Assembly: GCA_044425815.1 (NCBI GenBank)
Contig: JAWXVA010000003.1
Coordinates: forward strand, 17,429 to 81,428
Reading direction: 5' to 3'
Origin: Eubacteriales bacterium
GTDB lineage: Bacteria; Bacillota; Clostridia; Lachnospirales; Lachnospiraceae
DNA length: 64,000 nucleotides
In this document: piece by piece, positions 59,659 through 64,000 of the stretch
Layout: each line of letters begins with the position of its first letter
Numbering within the stretch: the stretch's first letter is position 1
The notes under the pieces: model-generated
The model's input: only the letters and a program-made list of their open reading frames with translations
What the model was told of the DNA's origin: nothing
The model's database searches: none
Position numbers and translations under genes: made by a program

Positions 59659-60180
59659 TTATTTGTCAGATATATTCCTTTTATTTTCATACAATTTATC
59701 CATAAGATTATGAAGGTTCTCCATCTCTTCTTCTGTAAATCCTGCAAATAATTCCTCCGCATATTTCTGTGTTTGCGTCTCTATTTCATTTGCAATTTCC
59801 ACTCCTTTTTCAGTAAGAGAAATGATATTTTCATTATTGATTTCTCCGTTTCCTTTTTGGATTAATTCTTTTTGCTCTAACTTTTTAATTATTTCAGATA
59901 CTGCTTGTGCCGTAACATTAGTCATATTTGCGATATTTCGCTGGTTCAAACTACCTTCACGAAGTAGCACACATAATAATTTTCTTGCAGACGGTGGGAT
60001 TCGTATTCCATCATCTGGTTTTTGCTTACAATGGCATTCTCCTTCTCCACGAGCTCTCTCCCCATGCCCTTTGTGCCTCTTACCATGTGGACCGTGTCTT
60101 CTTTCCCCTTCCGGTCTGATGTTTTCTAGAACCTCGAACATTCTCATCATTTCGTCTTGCTTACTTCTCACTTCGCTCAT
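59659..60180 (-). CDS. MarR family transcriptional regulator with a His/Arg-rich N-terminal insert
   Basis: LNQR.IA....VT.QAVSE.IKKLE.K.LI, ISLTEKG. ATG 60180. Confidence 0.88.
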   Translation of the reverse strand: MSEVRSKQDEMMRMFEVLENIRPEGERRHGPHGKRHKGHGERARGEGECHCKQKPDDGIRIPPSARKLLCVLLREGSLNQRNIANMTNVTAQAVSEIIKKLEQKELIQKGNGEINNENIISLTEKGVEIANEIETQTQKYAEELFAGFTEEEMENLHNLMDKLYENKRNISDK

Positions 60181-60222
60181 AACATCTTCCCCTTTTCTAT
60201 GTGACATTCGTTTTATAGTAAC

Positions 60223-62061
60223 CTACATCAACTTCTCCATACCTGTGTATAAGCTATAATATTTTCCTTGCAGAGATAACAATTCTTCATGACTTCCCAT
60301 TTCTATCATTTCACCTGCTTCTAGCACGATAATTTTATCAGAATTTCTAACGGTTGATAATCGATGTGCTATTACAAATGTTGTTCGCTCCCGCATTAAT
60401 CGGTTCAACGCTTCCTCAATATGTCTTTCGGTTCTGGTGTCTACTGAACTTGTCGCTTCATCTAATACGAGAATCGGCGCCTTAGAAATCGCTGCTCTCG
60501 CTATATTTAAAAGCTGCCTCTGCCCACCGCTTAGATTCGATCCGTCTCCTGTTAGGATCGTTTGATAGCCATCTTCTAAGCGCCTAATAAACTTATCCGC
60601 ATTAGCCACCTTGCACGCCTCTATCACTTCTTCATCTGTTGCATCTAATCTCCCATAACGAACATTCTCCATAATGGTACCTGTAAATAAATGAGTATCC
60701 TGTAGCACCATTGCAATATTCTCTCGCAAAAATGCTTTATCTAGTTCCTTAATATTATAACCATCAATCATAATGGCACCTTCATGAATATCATAAAAAC
60801 GATTCAATAAATTCGTAATCGTCGTTTTTCCTGCGCCTGTAGAACCTACGAAGGCTATTTTCTCAGACTTCTTTGCTGACAATGAAATATTTTTCAAGAT
60901 TTTTCTATCTCTATGATAGCCGAAATCTACTTGCTGAAATACAATATTCCCTTCTATTTTCTCTAGAACAGCTCCGCCATCCTGTTCTGGTTCATGATTC
61001 ATCACTTCAAATACTCTTTCCGCTCCAGCTAATGCAGAGAATACTGCATTTATCTGTGAAAAGATTTCATTTATCGGTCTCGAAAAGCTCTTAGAGTATC
61101 CCAAGAAAATAGTAAATCCGCCAATATCAAATGACCCTAATATGCATAGTAATCCACCTGCACAAGCTGTAACGATATAACCCATTTGAGCAACCGTTCC
61201 CATTATTGGTCCCATAATTCCACTTAAGAATTGTGCTTGAAAAGATTTATCACGATAACTTTTATTTAATTCTCTAAATTGATGAATCGTCTTTTCTTCA
61301 TGGTTAAATACTTTAATTACTTTTTGGCCTGTTACTTGCTCTTCGATATATCCATTTAACTTTCCAATACTTGCTTGCTGACCTTTATAAAACAGCATCG
61401 ATTTTTTAGAAATGTATTTCGTTAAAAATGAAAATAAAGGTGTTATCGACAATGTTATAATTGCCAGCATCCAATTGGTATACACCATAATCACAACAGT
61501 AGTACATAACGTAAATATACTAGATACCAAGCTAACCGCTGTACTTGATAGCATCTGATTCACAATATCCACATCATTGGTAAAGCGACTCATCAAATCC
61601 CCATTTTTATTATTATCAAAGAAGCGAACTGGCAGTTTTTGCATAGTTTCGAGCAAATCTTCTCTTAATTTAGCTAGTGAATTCTGTGCGATTTCCAACA
61701 TAATTCGAGACTGAATATAATTACTAACTACTGCCACCAAATATACCACTACCATAATTCCAAGATATCTTAGAATCGTTTGAACCTCTGTTCCTTCTAT
61801 TAGTCCGTTAATGATAGGACGAATCATATAGGATGCTAATATGGTAAATGTACTACTAATTACTACGAAGATCATAGCCAATAATAATAACAGCTTATGT
61901 CTACCAAGGTATGTTAATAATCGTTTGATTGTTTCTTTCGTATTTTTCGGTTTCACTTTCTCTCGAAATCTTCCGCCTGGACCTCCTGGACCTCCTGGCC
62001 CGCCTTTTGGCCCCATTCCTATAGGTGGTGTCACTCTCGAGAAATCTTTCTTTTCACTCAT
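60223..62061 (-). CDS. ABC exporter half-transporter with the consensus ATP site (TM288-like)
   Basis: G.LMSRFTND, GSTGAGKTT, LSGGQRQ, LDEATSSVD, IAHRLST. Confidence 0.93.
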   Translation of the reverse strand: MSEKKDFSRVTPPIGMGPKGGPGGPGGPGGRFREKVKPKNTKETIKRLLTYLGRHKLLLLLAMIFVVISSTFTILASYMIRPIINGLIEGTEVQTILRYLGIMVVVYLVAVVSNYIQSRIMLEIAQNSLAKLREDLLETMQKLPVRFFDNNKNGDLMSRFTNDVDIVNQMLSSTAVSLVSSIFTLCTTVVIMVYTNWMLAIITLSITPLFSFLTKYISKKSMLFYKGQQASIGKLNGYIEEQVTGQKVIKVFNHEEKTIHQFRELNKSYRDKSFQAQFLSGIMGPIMGTVAQMGYIVTACAGGLLCILGSFDIGGFTIFLGYSKSFSRPINEIFSQINAVFSALAGAERVFEVMNHEPEQDGGAVLEKIEGNIVFQQVDFGYHRDRKILKNISLSAKKSEKIAFVGSTGAGKTTITNLLNRFYDIHEGAIMIDGYNIKELDKAFLRENIAMVLQDTHLFTGTIMENVRYGRLDATDEEVIEACKVANADKFIRRLEDGYQTILTGDGSNLSGGQRQLLNIARAAISKAPILVLDEATSSVDTRTERHIEEALNRLMRERTTFVIAHRLSTVRNSDKIIVLEAGEMIEMGSHEELLSLQGKYYSLYTGMEKLM

Positions 62062-62064
62062 CTT

Positions 62065-63825
62065 CTACACCTCTCCTACTTCTAGTACTCTATTATCGCT
62101 CTCTCCATTGTCCATCTGAGAGTTATAAATTTCTCTATATACTGAAGATACTTCTAGCAACTCTGCATGCGTTCCCATATCTACAATCTGACCTTCATCC
62201 ATAACAATAATATTATCGCAATTAATAACAGAAGAAATTCTCTGTGCAATGATAATCTTGGTCATAGCTTGTAAATCTTCTGTAAGATGTCTTGTGATTT
62301 TTCGTTCTGTTGCTGTATCTACTGCACTGGTGGAATCATCTAGAATTAATACCTTTGTCTTCTTTAACAACGCTCTTGCTATGCAAAGTCTTTGTTTTTG
62401 TCCACCTGATAAGTTCAATCCACGTTGATTCAAATCCGTGTCAAATCCCTCTGGCATTTTTTCGATAAATTCTCCTGCTGCTGCATAATCCGCTATCCGA
62501 ACTAATTCTTCTTCTGTGGCAAATTCATTTCCCCAAAGAAGATTATCGCGAATCGTTCCTGAGAACAATAAATTGTTCTGTAGTACCACTGCCACTCCAT
62601 CACGTAAATTTTTCAACGAGTACTTCTTTACATTCACTCCATCTACAAAGATTTCTCCGCAATTCACATCATATAACCTAGAAATCAAATGAACTAATGT
62701 GGTTTTTCCACATCCAGTAGAACCTACAATTCCAATGGATTGTCCCGATTTAATATCTAAATTGATATTTGCAAGTACCTGCTCTTCAGAATTCGCATAA
62801 TATTTAAAGCTGACATTTTCAAATCGAATATCCCCAGTAGTTACCTTTTTATCTGCGTTTGTTTCCGCAGAATCTGAAATATCCACATTTGCATTTAATA
62901 CTTGTGTAATACGTCTGCCACTTACACGCGATCTTGCGCTTTGCAAAAATACATTTGCAATCATATTTACTGACATCAGTATCTGAGTTAAATACGTAAT
63001 AAATGCGCTCATGTCTCCAATTTGAAGTTCGCCCTTGCCTAGCGCCTTACTTCCAAACCACAGAATCGCAATGGTCGCCATATTGACTGCAAATGTCATA
63101 ATAGGTCTCTGCAATATATTGATACGATATGCTGATAAGCTTGTATCTTTCAAATCATGGTTTGCCTTCTCGAATCTGTTCTTCTCAAATTCTTCTCGTG
63201 TGAATGCCTTGATTACACGAATGTTAATCAACCCTTCTTGGATTGTAGTGTTAAGTGTATCGATTTTCTCTTGCAGTTTCGCAAATCTTGGATATGAGAC
63301 ATTTAAAACCAAAAATACGATTACTCCTAATACGGGAGTTAATACAAAGAAAATAATCGACATATCTGGACTAATGCTATATGCCATAATCATGGCTCCT
63401 ATAAGCATTCCAGGTGCTCGAAATACCATTCTAAGGGACATCACAATAATCTGCCCTACCTGTGTTACATCATTAGTCAATCTCGTCACCAACGAACCTG
63501 TGCTGAATTTGTCAATATTATCAAACGAAAAACTCTGTATCTTTACAAAGAGTTCTTCGCGTAAATCATGACAGAAATTCACCGATGCTTTCGTTGCTGA
63601 ATAAGAAGAACCAATCCCTGCCGCTACTGCAACTAATGCAAATGTTAACATTTGAATTGATATAAGGATAATCCCTCGACTATCTCCACCTTCTACTGCT
63701 AGATTTACAATCTCTGCAGAAAGGGATGGGATTCTAACATCACAGTATACCTCAATTAACATTAGTAACGGCGCCATAATAAAATACGCTATATATGGCT
63801 TTGCGTGTTTGTAGTATAAATTCAT
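62065..63825 (-). CDS. ABC exporter half-transporter with degenerate Walker B/switch (TM287-like)
   Basis: SL.TRLTNDV, GSTGCGKTT, LSGGQKQR, LDDSTSAVD (D for E), IAQRISS (Q for H). ATG 63825 follows GAAGGAG. Confidence 0.93.
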   Translation of the reverse strand: MNLYYKHAKPYIAYFIMAPLLMLIEVYCDVRIPSLSAEIVNLAVEGGDSRGIILISIQMLTFALVAVAAGIGSSYSATKASVNFCHDLREELFVKIQSFSFDNIDKFSTGSLVTRLTNDVTQVGQIIVMSLRMVFRAPGMLIGAMIMAYSISPDMSIIFFVLTPVLGVIVFLVLNVSYPRFAKLQEKIDTLNTTIQEGLINIRVIKAFTREEFEKNRFEKANHDLKDTSLSAYRINILQRPIMTFAVNMATIAILWFGSKALGKGELQIGDMSAFITYLTQILMSVNMIANVFLQSARSRVSGRRITQVLNANVDISDSAETNADKKVTTGDIRFENVSFKYYANSEEQVLANINLDIKSGQSIGIVGSTGCGKTTLVHLISRLYDVNCGEIFVDGVNVKKYSLKNLRDGVAVVLQNNLLFSGTIRDNLLWGNEFATEEELVRIADYAAAGEFIEKMPEGFDTDLNQRGLNLSGGQKQRLCIARALLKKTKVLILDDSTSAVDTATERKITRHLTEDLQAMTKIIIAQRISSVINCDNIIVMDEGQIVDMGTHAELLEVSSVYREIYNSQMDNGESDNRVLEVGEV

Positions 63826-63857
63826 CAGTTCTCCTTCGGTGTCAATATTCTTTCCAC

Positions 63858-63914
63858 TATCAAGTGGTTGATACCAATTTAACACCTGCCCAGTTCGGTG
63901 TCAAGTACTTGATT
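63858..63914 (-). promoter_or_regulatory. sigmaA promoter with two palindromic, probably MarR, operators
   Basis: TTGACA(63904-63899)-17 bp-TAAATT with TGn extension; TATCAAGTGGTTGATA (63858-63873) and TGTCAAGTACTTGATT (63899-63914). Confidence 0.7.
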
Positions 63915-64000
63915 CGAGATTTATTGAAAAATATATTGAAGTATCTCTTTCAGTAACACTATTTTTTTGTTAATATATATATAATAAAATATGTACGAAA

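Noticed and set aside
61960-62010. 9-bp repeats encoding GGPGGPGGP in the ABC N-terminus, and the Ala/Pro repeats in the biotin carrier
   Set aside because: Ordinary low-complexity linkers typical of these families.
259-63571. Many 60-190 aa plus-strand ORFs in the track (e.g. 5078-5578, 8047-8610, 23728-24183, 44433-44804, 63035-63571) and short minus-strand off-frame ORFs
   Set aside because: They lie antisense to or inside well-supported genes, lack RBS and motifs, and show the shadow pattern expected from codon bias.
1-64000. CRISPR array, IS, prophage, tRNA/rRNA or defence island
   Set aside because: No spaced direct-repeat array, transposase/integrase motif, cloverleaf or defence-type gene was seen.

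Overview
AT-rich chromosomal window from an anaerobic Firmicute. Gene content and order suggest Lachnospiraceae-like Clostridia (inference). Almost all genes are on the minus strand; no rRNA, tRNA, CRISPR array, transposase or phage gene is visible. In transcription order (right to left) it holds: a heterodimeric ABC exporter with a MarR gene; an Fe-siderophore/heme-type ABC uptake operon led by an unusual tandem split-barrel protein; nth; a PTS-EIIC/EAL fusion and a membrane-anchored nuclease transcribed divergently; an RpiR/ald divergon; a B12-riboswitch-controlled anaerobic cobalamin operon of about 23 kb (cbiMNQO to cobD) ending in a POT transporter; a hybrid Na+-pumping biotin decarboxylase cluster; rpiR-HI0933-cmk-ispH-rpsA; pepD; rnfCDGEAB; and ruvAB-zapA-U32-FtsW-family. 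The strongest leads are: (1) a POT transporter overlapping the last cob gene in a cluster lacking hemA/hemL/hemB, a candidate tetrapyrrole-precursor importer; (2) two CobU paralogues that retain complementary halves of the canonical motifs; (3) the iron operon with a tandem split-barrel protein, twin TTAG-N6-CTAA operators and an inverted-repeat-flanked promoter; (4) the EIIC-EAL fusion; (5) the decarboxylase/transcarboxylase cluster with a lipoprotein-extended OadG. All family calls come from motif recognition by eye; no database search was run.
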